Shown piece after piece: positions 22,301 to 35,236 of a stretch of DNA of 64,000 nucleotides (position 1 is the stretch's first letter; every line of letters begins with the position of its first letter). This DNA comes from Squalus acanthias (Eukaryota): contig CM059435.1 in NCBI GenBank assembly GCA_030390025.1, positions 78,492,001 to 78,556,000 on the forward strand, written 5' to 3'. The notes beneath the pieces are model-generated. The model had not been told where the DNA came from. It did not search any database and saw only the letters and a list, made by a program, of their open reading frames with translations. The position numbers were made by a program, and so were the translations under genes.

Positions 22301-23564
22301 AAAAGAACTTGATTCTGTACCTCGGATCTCAAGAAGTTTATGCTCAGACTCACACTATGACTTTTGCAAAAAGAAAATTATATTCCTGGAAGACTGCTTT
22401 GTGGTTAAAAATCACTAAGCCTTAATATAATTTCTTAAAAGCTTGGTTGACCGTACAACTTGTAAAGTGTGGATTAAGACGCATAATAAAGATTTCACAG
22501 TTATGTGGGCTACACTCACCACAGACCACTAGAATGGAGTGCCATTATAGTTCAGTGCTCCAGTTTACAGACACAAAGTTCAAAAGCTCATGTAATTACT
22601 GTGGATGTCACTTTTCTATTTGTGATGATGATTGGGTGGGGGACAGTTGCTTGTCTGGATCAGGTGCTGGGAGACCAGTGTCTGCAAAACTGCTCCCATT
22701 GCTCCCTCATTTCAGCAGCAGAATCTTAGACCTGGTTTTTCATAGTTATACAAGCCTGCCGCTGAGGCCAACGGAGCCAGATTTAGTAGTTAAATGCTGA
22801 GCGCTGGCTCATAGACGCCAGTCTCCCCAAACCTGACCGAAACAAGAGAACATGAAATCACATACACTGGTGTGACTTATACATTGAGATGCAATGCACC
22901 TCATCAGTAAGATAAAGTGCAAGTCAGTCCTGTGGGTAAATCACTCAACATCTGACTTGTAATTGAACTGACAGTACAGCTGTCTTATCCAAACATAAGA
23001 ACACTGAGAAACTGACAGCCACTATGAAGCCATAATAAGTGACAGAAAATTAAAAAGACTACGAAAAGCGCTTAGATCCTCCCAGGCAATTTATGTGCAA
23101 AACGGTTTCTAAAAAAAGTCCTTGACTCAGTTTGATTTAAGCAAAGTTGTGATTTCTTGTAGCTGGAGCCAGCTGATACTGGAAGGCACATTTTCCACGG
23201 TTCAGCATGTCATGTGGTTCACAGTTAATGGCCATCAAGAACCAAGTCATAATTTCCTAAACAGATGAAGGTTCTTTTGCCCATAGTATTCCCCTGATGT
23301 CTTTTACAACACAGCTTTTGTATTCTTATACAAGACAATGTAATATCTTAACCTTGCTTTTTGTATTTTACATGAAATGTTAAACTATGAGAATGCGGCT
23401 TTTATATTTTTACGTGAGACGTTACAATACAGCTTTGCATTTGTAGATGAGATCCGATTATTGTGGTACACTTTTTGCATTTTTATATTACAATATGACT
23501 TTTGAATTTGTATTACTACAGATGCACGACCCCATGGACTGGATGTACGATGCACGAGCCAGAT

Positions 23565-24410
23565 ACAGATAGGCACATGGATTACTCAGACGCTTTTCCC
23601 TACAAGTTCAGTGATCCTTCTGTCATGGGAACTGATATGTCTCAAAGTCAGGATAGCAAGACTTGAAAGTTAGGTGAACTGGGCAGGGCTCCACAGAAGT
23701 GAGTGGATATGCATATGTTCACTCCGACAGGCATGATGGACAACATCTCCAAGGTGTATCTCTTGCCCTGGATTACCAGAGAACCAAAGTGTTCGTCAGT
23801 TGGAAACCAAGAAATTAATGCCTTCTAACAGCTCATTTTATTCATCAATATGGGTATTTATCAGTAATAGTAGCATATGCCCTGACAAATGTGTCAGATT
23901 CTGATGATAAATGACGAGTTCTAAAGATGTCTCCAGGCAGCCATCATATTAGTACCCCAGTGGGACCTACTCTTCCTACTGACAGACTTTAATGCTGAAG
24001 TAGGAGCCAACAGATCAAACTTGGCTAAGACCATTGCAGCATATGGCCACGGACTATGAAATGACACTGGTGAGTGGCCTGTTGACATGTTTGCAGCCCA
24101 TGGGAAAGACATCCACAGACACACATGGTGCAGCAATGCTGGAACTACCAAAAATAAAATAGACTACATTATTAAAAACACTCGGCGTGTAGTTGCTAAT
24201 GTTTGGGTCCCCAGAAGCACTGAATATGGCAACTTGGATCACTGTCTGAAATTGAAGAAAAATTCTGATCTTCCCAGAGGCTCAGCCATCAAACAGTTTG
24301 ATATCGAGAAGTTCAAATCACCGTTAGTAAAATACAATTTCAAACTTGAACTGTCCAACCATTTTCAGGTGCTGGCAGAGCCCACAGGTGATGTGGAGAC
24401 AGCTCGGCAG
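23565..24410 (+). mobile_element. degraded RTE-clade LINE, APE endonuclease region
   Basis: Frameshifted peptides IGTWITQTL, VIVAYALT, LLTDFNAEVG, HRHTWCSNAGTTKNKIDYI, LDH and FKLELSNHFQVL, typical of RTE endonucleases. Confidence 0.8.
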
Positions 24411-24479
24411 TATTGCACAAAATGTCCTAGAAGGGTTAGAGCTCTATTTCTTATTTGTATTTCCTCATACCAGGCAGCA

Positions 24480-24590
24480 TTCTAGTGAATCTGTACTGTA
24501 CCCTTTCTTTTGCCTCAACATCCTTTCTATAGCATGGAGCCCAAAACTGCACAAAGTACTCCAAACTGTGTTATTACTAAGGTTTTATAC
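24480..24590 (-). mobile_element. short CR1 fragment
   Basis: Reverse strand encodes an LEYFVQFWAP..RKDV-like motif. Confidence 0.65.
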
Positions 24591-27500
24591 AGATTCATGT
24601 ATAGATAATCCACGCCATTTCAGGTGTGATACTAATGTTTATCTATCATAGAAACATAGAACACAAAGAATTTTCTGGAGATTGTGTTCAAAAAATGATC
24701 TATTTTAGAAAATTTGACATTGTTTATTTTGTACTGAATGCAGTCATTTGCATAGGAGTGTTCAGGTGTATTAAAGGCACACCAGCTTCATGAAGAAGTG
24801 TTCCAAAAACCTTTTGGTTTATTCATAAATACATGGCACACTGATGCAAGTCACATGGTATTGCCTCATTACCTCTGCAGGTGACACCACAGTGCAAAAA
24901 TAATGCCATCTTCTTAAATAAAGAATGATTTGGGTTGCCAAACACTTCCTTATGAAGGCATCTCCCCATTAAAATGTCTGATTAAAATGGCAAATGAAAT
25001 TGCATTTTTCAGTTATACAGAAATGATTTCTGTTGCATAAACAAGGATCTACTAGAACACTATATATCGTCACTGAGACATCTGTGTGACTGTCAGATGG
25101 TGCAACCCTTCTGCCCCATTCCTGCTGGCTGGCAGCCGCTGATGCCAAGTAATATTTTCATTTGGCTGGATCTTTATCATGGGAGCAACTGCAGTGCAAG
25201 AAAAGATTGTACCCATGAAACGTTTATTAATTTTTAAAGAAAAATCAGCGGGGGGGGGCACTAAAAGAGTTTTAAAAATAGTAAATGTGAAAATAATTTG
25301 CTAGCCTGATGCCAAGGACTTGGTTATGTGACCTTCTGCAAAGCGTGTTCAGATTATTAATTGTTAGAGACTATGGAACTAACGCACCTGCCAACGCATT
25401 TGTGCTGCTGCAAAAGAACAGTTGATGGCCTCCGCCCAAGGTCAGCTCCTCGAGTACAGGATCTGGGTTCTATCCAGGGACTGTAAGCTGCCTGTTTGTG
25501 CCCTGCTGCTGTCTCTGTTAGCATTACCTGGCAGCCTCAGCAGAGCCACAAAATGGCTGTGCAGACAAAACAGCCATTTTGTGAAAACTCTTGCTTTGAA
25601 AGTGTCTTGGTTGCAGATCAGAACCCGAAAAGGCAAAGGTATTTGAGAAGAGAGACGTCATTTCAACATCATCTCCACTAAGTGCCCTTCACTTCTTCGT
25701 TTTTGAATAATTATTATTCAACGATTTCGCAACAAAATACGAAGTGAAGAGACAAAAAAAATACACATCAATCCAACAGACATAACAACTATCATAAAAG
25801 CAACAAAAGCAGGCAACTCAAGCTTAGTGCTAGGCTTGCCCCAGAAATAGCATAGGAATAGTCAGTGATATAATGCAAGGTACAACAAACAAATATGACC
25901 TCAATACATACAAATGGGGAAAGGAAACTCAAATCTATTTTGAGTGTACTTAATATATGCAGGAGGCTTGCAAGATATCGATCAGATGTGAGTAAAAAGT
26001 GGATGAATGTTGGTAGAAAGCAGTAATGGACTAATCTTTCATGTTTAGTGATGCACTGAATTTTTAGGTGTAGGAACATCAATTAACAATTTTTTGCAGA
26101 AAGTCAGTAAGAAAAATACTTTTGTGTGTGAGGCCATGTTTCAGTCATTAGTGAGGAATTTGTGCAGAATCCCACAGCTGCATAGCTACTGAAAAGTTGA
26201 GAATTTTATTCCAGATGGTGCATTTTCACAGAGCTTTCCATGACAGGAGCATGTATTGGGAACTCAGGAGTACACTGCACAATTTCCCATCAATTATGGG
26301 CGGTAAATCATGGGGGCAGCATCCAGATTCTCGATGTGCACTCCTGGTGTGCAAAGCTGTGTCAGGAGCAGGAAAGACAGAAAATTTACCCCTGGTCAGA
26401 CCTAGTATTAATGAGGGAAAGGTTCAGCAGCATTACTGCAGGCAAAGGCCAATTCTATTGGCCAAAAAATTGGCAAAGTGTATATTCTGAGGGAGGAGGG
26501 ATAAAAGTAAAACAAAGGAATTTTTTTAATAAAGTTGATTAATTAACAAATTGATGGCTCTTCACATCTGAAGCAACTGGCTAACAGTATGAGGTTTAGA
26601 CATTTCTGATTGGGGATGCAAGCACTAAAGACAAAAAGATTTATGTTGCAAGTTGAATCTAGGGCATGCCCTGTCTCTGTCCATTTGGGGTTGAGGTGGC
26701 TCCAAGGTGACACGCCTCCTGATGGAAGTCTGGAACCAAGTTGACTCTCCATGGCACTGTTGATAATCAGTGAGCCAGCCAGCCTGTCTCTCTAATGGAG
26801 GCTGAAGGGGTAGACATGACACTGGGGGCTGGGATTCTTCCCATTTGGTTTCAGGTAACCCTACAGGTCAAAGCTCTAATGGATAAAGTGGACAAACAGG
26901 GTGATGTTTACCAGTGATCTGCTCAAGTAAGCTGCAGAGTTTGGCTGGTTAAATTTGATCAATATCCCGAAGTAAATGTGGGGGTCCAAAGCATTGGCTA
27001 TGCTAGTCTGCACCTTAAATTCTGTGGACTTAGATAAGTGGGATTTGTCCCTATGGGAGAGAGTGTGCACTTCACATTGAGCAAACTGAAATCCTATAAG
27101 TATGTGAAGAATTGGAGATTATTAAACATGATGAGGTTCCCCATGTGTCAGACACTTAGATGACCAAAAAATAAATATCCATGGCATATTAAATTAATTC
27201 ATCAGCTTCTAACCTATTTCTTCTGTGTCACTTGCTCCATTGTTTTAATTTGCTTTGCTGAGTCCCCGGTTTCAAATCTCTTTCTTAAGTCTTCAAATTC
27301 TAAAGATGAATGCAACTTATTCGATTTGTGAGTCTGGGAGCATGTTACATTTAAATTCAAAAATTGATTTTGTTTTATATGGTAGGTATATACACAAAAA
27401 CATGTTAATTGTACCAGTTATAGGTGCATTGACACCAGAAACTGAAGTACCACTCACATTTTCACCTTCAGTTGTTGAATTTTTGACATTCTTATTTAAA

Positions 27501-28029
27501 TATTAAGAATAAACTGTGCCACATCCATACATAGCAACTATTACATTTTTTATATAGAGAAAAAGTGACAAATTCAGCACCAATTGCATTTTTGCTTGCC
27601 TCTTCAGTTCTGTCATGTTTTCACAAATGAATTCCACTGCAGTCAAGTCACTACTTTCACAAAAGAGTTAAAATAATTCCTGAACTATCACTCATTGAAA
27701 TATCTGCCCTGATAAAACTAAAAATTGCTTCTCTTCATTCTAATACAGCGTAGGGAGCCAAAGGCAAGTGGTAGAAGCTGTAGTGCTGACAATGTTTTAA
27801 CACTAAATGTGGTGATTCAATATAGGATGTCAATTACAGGTGATCATTTCATATCACAATTTAAAGAAAAGAAATCAGTAGTATTTGTGAAGTGAGATTT
27901 CATTCTTCTACATTTCTACTGTCTGTGAGTTGTACCTGACTTTCAAAAAATACATTGCCATTGCATAGAATAATATATAACCAAAGACTGATCACAATGA
28001 GGGGGCACCATTCCAGGATATTCAGCAAG

Positions 28030-29270
28030 TAAAAATAGTCAACACAGATTTCAAAATGGAAAGTCATGCTTGACCAACCTTATTGAATTCTTTGAAGAAG
28101 TAACAGAAAGAGTAGACAAAGGTAATGTATTAGATGTAATATACTTGGATTTTCAAAAGGCCTTCGAGAAGGTACCACATAGTAGACTCATGACTAAGGT
28201 CAAGACAAGCAGCAGAATAGATAGCTAGCTGGCTGCAAAACAGAAAATAGAGAGTAGGGGTTAAAGGTAGTTACTAAGTCTGGCAGAAGGTGGGAAGTGG
28301 TGTTCCACAAGGATCGGTGCTGGGACCACTTATGTTCACCATTTACATAAATGATTTGGACTCAGGAATCGGAAGTACAATTTCAAAATTTGCGGATAAC
28401 ACCAAATTAGGGGGTATAGTTAATACTCAGGAAAACTGCGACAGAATACAAGACAACGTTAAGAAACTTGGAGAATGGGCATATAAGTTGCAAATTAATT
28501 TTAATGTAGATAAGTGCAAGGAGGTGCATTTTGGTAGGGGGAATAAGGAGGCCACATACTCCTTGGAAAATAAGAGTCTAAATGGAGTAGAGATGCAAAG
28601 GGATCGAGGAGTACACATTCACAAATCATTAAAACTAGCAACTCAAGTTAACAAGACCATAAAAAATGCAAACAAACTGGGGCTCATTTCTAGAGGAATA
28701 GAATTTCAAAGTGGGGAAGTTATGTTAAACTTGTATAGACCTTGATTAGACCACACTTAGAGTACTGTGTACAGTTCTGGTCATCATATTACAGAAAGGA
28801 TATAAAGGCACTGGAGAAAGTGCAAAAAAGATTTACATGGATGATACCGGAACTGAGAGGTTATAACTATCAGGAAAGATTGAATAGGTTGGGACTCTTT
28901 TCTCTAGAAAAGAGAAGGCTGAGGGATGACTTTATAGAGGTCTTTAAAATTATGAAGGAGTTTGATAGGGTAGACGTAGAGAAGATGTTTCCACTTGTGC
29001 GGGAGTCCAAAACTAGAGGCCATAAATATAAGATAGTCACTAATAAATTCAATAAAGAATTCAGGAGAAAATTCTTTATCCAGAGAGTAGTTAGAATGTC
29101 GAACTTGCTACCACAAGGAGTAGTTGAGGCAAATAGCATAGATGCCTTTAAAGGGAAGCTAGATAAGTACGTGAGGGTAAAAGGAATAGAAGGATCTGCA
29201 GATAGGGTTAAATGACGTAGGGTGGGAGGAGGGGCCGAATGGCCTGTTTCTGTGCTGTAAGTTCTATGTA
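28030..29270 (+). mobile_element. CR1 LINE reverse-transcriptase region (frameshifted)
   Basis: ORFs 28290-28745 (SGVPQGSVLGP, KFADNTKL) and 28742-29215 (RPHLEYCVQFWS, TRGH); upstream YLDFQKAF motif; CR1 3' end. Confidence 0.95.
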
Positions 29271-32200
29271 ACTCCAATATGGGATCATCCACAGTTGATT
29301 CTGTACTTAGTTCAACAGTTGTTCTATCATTAATGAACTTGTACATACAATGGATGTAGTATCCAATCTGAGCAACAGCCCCTTTCACATAAATTACTTC
29401 AGTCACATATCTTGACAGTTTGAAGATGGTCAATATTTTGAAGTTTGATGTCCACATTATGGCAAAGGGACAAGTGGTGGAAGTTTATCACAAAGGAGGT
29501 AAAGTCACCAGAAAAGAGCATCTATTTAGCAAGCAATTTAACACCAAATCCAAATTTTTCTAAGGATACTGTATCAAACATTGGGAGCTTAAAATAATTT
29601 TTCCATTAATTTGAGCTGTGTGTTAGTATCCTAGTATCCATCACTAATTATATAAAATGCATGTGGAGGTTTAATATTGCATTACAAAATAAATTATGCA
29701 ACTTCGAAAATTTAAATTAAGAAAAATATATAAGGCATCAAAACAGATTCAGCAGACTACAATGTAGAAATTGCTACCAATGTCAAAAATGAACATACTT
29801 CAAACCATTCTTAAGCAGGAAAGTCAGGACTGCCATTGTACACTTATATTACCTTGGGGATAAATTGGGATTTTTGTCTCTACTGTCATTCTACTATTTT
29901 CTACAGAATTGTATAGTCTACAGTTGGATGAACAAACTTTGATATATTTACCAGTTAAATGTCTCTTCAGCTGTTTAAAAAATGTTAAATGATCATTATT
30001 GCTGATTGTGATTGGTACTGGGTTTTTGCATTACCACTAGCAAATTCAGTTTCTCAGAAATCACATATTCCGTTGATTTAGTTAATGCTTCAATATTTCA
30101 ACCAAAAAAAGAAATTTCTCTCATTTAAAAAAAACCGGGAATTTTGAGGTATCAGTGAGTAACATTACTTTTTGTCGAGGGTGGCCAACCAGTGTCTCAT
30201 GACCTGTATAGGGTTCTTACATTGCTAGGATGCCCACAGATTCAGTAGATGTCTGAGATACAGAATGACACTGATGCAGAAAGCATTCCTTCTATTCTGG
30301 ATCAGCTAAACAATGTGTTTTTGCATTGCAATTTGGCCCTGATGCACTACCATTAGGCTGGCAGAGTCTGCTGTGCGTACTTAAGTGGTGGACAGGCCTG
30401 GAGCTGGCAGAAGAACAAGAGAAAGAGTGTCAGCAATGTCACAGGTGCAGGACTTTAGTACGCTGCTGGCTTCTATGGCAGAGGAGAAGCCATAAACTGT
30501 AGCCCGGAGTGGAGGTGTTATGTAAGAACATGAGAGGGGTTAGAGAGAGGGGGAGATGGAGGAAGTAGGAAAGAAGGCATGGAAGAGAAAGGCATGGGGA
30601 AAAAAACACTACTTACTACAGGGTGGTGGTTGGCAAATGTCTGGATGCTGTTCAGCACCAGTGGAACTGTACCCAGGAGGGAAGACAATTGGCAGAAAAA
30701 CAAAAAAGAAGCTTGTAGAGATTGTACTGGAGAAACAACAGGCAACAGATTTTCTGCTCCAGTAACCTGGTTTAACAAGTGATGGTTAACTGTTTTAACC
30801 TTCTCCAAACAATAACACATGCCTAGAAATTACTCTTGGTGATATTAGTAGCTTTGCTACTAGAATAAAAAAGACACTGTACCCAAGTTAAGTGAATGGC
30901 GATATTCTTCCAGGATAGCGAGAGATTTGTTAACATGGTCTTTTACCTATTGCAAAGTCGGCAAATTTAGTTTATAATTAACGCTCCTTCAAAAATCAAA
31001 GATTTTTTTAAAAGTTTTTGCTTCTATACATCATTCAACCTTTACTTTATAATATCCACTCTTCCAAAAACAATTATTTGTTTTTCTTCCCAAGGTATCA
31101 GAAGGATGATGTGTGTATTTTTGGATTCCAGCACTCCAGGGGTTACAGTAACATAATATATGGTCCTCTCATGTGTGGCTATGACTTCATCATTATAAGT
31201 TTGTCACAGAGCTCATGGATCTCAGGAATTTCTGACCTCGCCATGACTTTATCTTCCCAGGGCCAGTTTTCCTTTTGAAGAGCAGATGCTACAAAAATAG
31301 TTCCTTGGCTCCTCCAGAGCCTCTGTGTAATCCCCTAGCATCTTCTCTAAGCTCTACAATTATCTCCCCTCACCCACACCCAACACTTTCTTTCATCATG
31401 TCCTCCATTGTCTAAGAAAAGATTTGTAGCAAACTTGGAAAAAGGTGTGTTTTTGCCTTTTACAACCCGTGAAAGGGTGAATAAAAGAGAGATTCCTGGT
31501 TACAAAATAACATATACTAAATATTATTTACACATGTTTTGTTTTGACAATATTTAGATTTTGTACTGTACAATATCTATATCTCCTGTGTATACCTGTT
31601 TACAGTCACATCAACCTTCTGATGATAATTTATGGCTATGTGACTTGTGGATTTGATGTCATCATTTCCAAAGAAAAGTAATGTATGAGAGTTTTTTCAA
31701 ATCAGCTATGTTAGGCACTGATGCCCCAATGTGCTATGCAGCAAAGCGATACGAGCTGGAAATGTGCACACAGTGAGTTCCACATCTCGGAAATGATGCT
31801 CGGGGCCAGGGAAGAAGGCTGAGGATTTGCTCTTCTTGAAAAACTAAGGATGGGGATGCAATTAAAGTTTGTTTATGCGACAAATGTTAATCATTTGATG
31901 TTCTGGTTTTTATACCGATATAATTTTCCTTGAATTTTATGATTTGTTTTCAAACTAACATTATGAACTTGTTGTGAACTTCCGCCAGTGCAGGTCGTTT
32001 TCTTACTCTCCTCCGATACAAGTGAGCAAGTGAACTTTCCAAGTGTCAAATGCCATTTGGGGGCAACTTTGAAAATATGCATAATTTATTGACCTGAAAA
32101 ATCCAGTTTGCTACAAATTTCCTGTCCAATTTCACAAAGGAACACGGGGCATTTAGCTCCCCAGCATTGAAAGTGTCTTCTTTTGATTTACTCTCAAGCT

Positions 32201-32790
32201 TTAGAACAGGGGTGTCCAATATGCAGTCCCTAAGCCCTAACAATATGACCCTCAACTCCCAGGCAACTCAGTCCTACTTGCGTTTATATATTTTAGCTGC
32301 TGGTTCATCCTGTTTGAATTTTCTGGGTCTGAAGGTTTGGAAAGAGCAGCTGTTAATGTGGTAGTTTCATTGGTGGATAAATCCTAAATCAGAATGCCAA
32401 GATGCGATAGGTTGGCAACTGAGATATATGCAAATTAATGGGAGCATGGAGTTAAATTTTACATGAGGCCCCTCTATTGCAAGGCACCACATAACACATT
32501 TAACGTTGCTCACGGGGACAAAAGCTCAAACATCCTTGCTCTAGAACATCCAGGTGTGTGCTAAGCAGTTCTGGATCACAGGAGGGAATTGAAAGATGTG
32601 CTTTCAATGTACTGAGGTGAAAACACAAAGTTAAAAAAAGGAATAAATAATAATCTAGAAATATTTTCTGTGGTCCTAACACTATTTAAGCATTAGAATG
32701 TGCAAATTCATAGCTTCCCTGGAAATTAGTACCAGTTTATCACACATTTGAAAAGTTCGTTTATATTACAAGAATTGCAATAGAAACTAT

Positions 32791-33615
32791 GGGGGCGATT
32801 TTGCCAGCCCTGGGGAGGCGGGTATGGAGGCGAGACTGCTGGGAAAAATGGCAGAATCTGGGGGCGGGTACCCATCCCGCCCCTAACCCGCCTCCGTGCC
32901 ATCTTCCCAGGAGGCGGGTAATCGACCCGCGCTGGGAGCCGCCTCCTCGAGGCGGGAAGGGGATTAGTGCCAATTAACTGCCTGTTAACAGGTAGTTAAC
33001 AGGCAGTTTTTTGGATAATCCCTATTTTACCACCTAAAGTGTGGGCTTCCCGACGGCTCCGAACCTCACCAGGGTCAGCGAGGCGAGCCGTGGGTCTGCG
33101 AGGCCGAGATGTCTGGTGTGCAGGTGAGTGATGGGTGCATGTGAGCAGAGGTAAGTGTGTGAGGTGAGTCTAAAGTGTTTTAAAAGCTTTACTTACCTTT
33201 GCTTCTTCCTCCAGGCTTCATCTCTTCAGGTCTCAGGAGTCCCTCATCTCACCGGCAGAGAAAGCAGAATGGCCGCCGCATTCTCGAATGCATCAGCCTT
33301 CTGCTTTCTGCTCAGGACAAATCTCTAATTGAGCCTGTGTCCCAGGACTCAACTTAGAAGACAGATTGTCAGTGTTTGACAGCTTCACAGAGCTTTCAAA
33401 CGATGACAATTCATCTGTCAAAAGCTCTTGACAGATGAAACGTCACTTGCTGACGTCACCAGTAACCGGCTTTCCCTTAATTGGCCTGCTAAGCCCACTG
33501 GGCGGGCTTAACAAGGTCAATCAAGGGAAAATAGTGTGGGTTGGCTGGCCGTCGATGGAGGCGGGACTGAAACCCAACAAGCAGCAGTCCCACCTCCATC
33601 GGCAAAATCACCCCC
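32791..33615. mobile_element. Harbinger-type MITE (825 bp)
   Basis: 15-bp TIRs gggggcgattttgcc / ggcaaaatcaccccc (1 mismatch); CpG-rich subtermini; internal palindrome at 32976-33008. Confidence 0.85.
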
Positions 33616-33989
33616 TCTGACTTTGCAGTTGAGAATGTAGTTTCCAATAGTTGCTCAGTGCACTGAGTCTTCTGACGTTAGAAATATGGCCAAAAGTGCA
33701 TGTGACAATTTACAATATCGATTAGACACCAAAATTGCAGAAGAATATGGAACAATTCTCAATTAAAAATGTCTTCGGAATAAATAAAACTCTTAGGTCA
33801 TTGGGTTATAGTTTCAATTTCGGCTGTGAAAATCCCACTGCAGTGTTCAAGAGGAAAACTAACACATTTTCACAATATGTATCTTTTCATTGCAATTAAA
33901 AGTACATCAGGAGTTTTACTGCAAAATTAGTGATGGAATGGAACAAGTGCTAGACAATAATAAGTTCACATTCTAGAGGGATATACAAC

Positions 33990-34890
33990 ATGAACAGTGA
34001 GGAGGATAGTGATAGACTTCAAGAAGACATAGACAGGCTGGTGAAATGGGTGACATGTGGCAGATTAAATTTAACGCAGAGAAGTGCGAAGTGATACATT
34101 TTGGTAGGAAGAACGAGGAGAGGCAATATAAACTAAAGAAACTAAAGGGTACAATCCCAAAGGGGGTGCATGAACAGAGAGACCTGGGGTATATGTGCAC
34201 AAATCGTTGAAGGTGGCAGGGCAGGTTGAGAAAGCGGTTAAAAAAGCATATGGGATACTGGGCTTCATAAATAGAGGCATAGAGTACAAAAGCAAGGAAG
34301 TTATGATGAACTTTTATAAAACACTAGTTCAGCCTCAACTGGAGTATTGTGTCCAATTCTGGGCACCGCACTTTAGAAAGGATGTGAAAGCCTTAGAGAG
34401 TGTGCAGAAAAGATTTACGAGAATGATTCCAGGGATGAGGTACTTCAGTTACGTGGATAGACTGGAGAAGCTGGGGTTGTTTTCCTTAAAGCAGAGAAGG
34501 TTGAGAGGAGATTTGATAGAGGTTATCAAAATCATGATGGGTCTAGACAGAGTAGATCGAGAGAAACTGTTCCCATTGGCAGAAGGGTCAAGAACCAGAG
34601 GACACAGATTTAAAGTGATTGGCAAAAGAACCAAAGGCGACATGAGGAAAAACTTTTTTACACAGCGAGTGGTTAGGATCTGGAATGCACTGCCTGAAAG
34701 GGTGGTGGAGGCAGACGCAATCGTGGCTTTCAAAAGGGAATTGGATAAATACCTGAAGGAAAAAATTTGCAGGGCTACAGGGAAAGGGTGGGGGAGTGGG
34801 ACTAGCTGAGGTGCTCTTGCAGAGAGACAGCATGGGCTCGACGGGCCGAATGGTCTCCTTCTGTGCTGTAACCATTCTATGACTCTATGT
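33990..34890 (+). mobile_element. CR1 LINE 3' fragment
   Basis: ORF 34195-34809 is a CR1 RT C-terminus (QPQLEYCVQFWAP, RTRGHRFK, FFTQRVVRIWNALP); attctatg tail. Confidence 0.95.
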
Positions 34891-35236
34891 CAGAAATGGT
34901 GCTACAATTGAGTGGAACAGATGAGGCATAGTCCAATATTGCAGAGAAGTTCACTGAGTTGAGAACAGACCAGTTCAACCTGGTCGCATTAGTTCATCTC
35001 TTTTGATTTTGTTGCCGTAGGTTGACTATTAATGACACCTGTAAAGAACAGAATAGTAGCAGCAGCAGCGATCACCGGAGGTAACCACATTAAACATGGC
35101 TGTTATTATTAGAAGTCAATTAACAAAGGTGTGTGAAAGTGATACCATGTTAGTTTGAGAACATGGTGTACACTTTAAGTACCTTTGTAACACTATCCAC
35201 ACCAGTTGTTTTTCTGTGGCTATATTTACACACTGA

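Noticed and set aside
28870-29457. 195-aa minus-strand ORF
   Set aside because: Mostly the antisense frame of the CR1 RT fragment.
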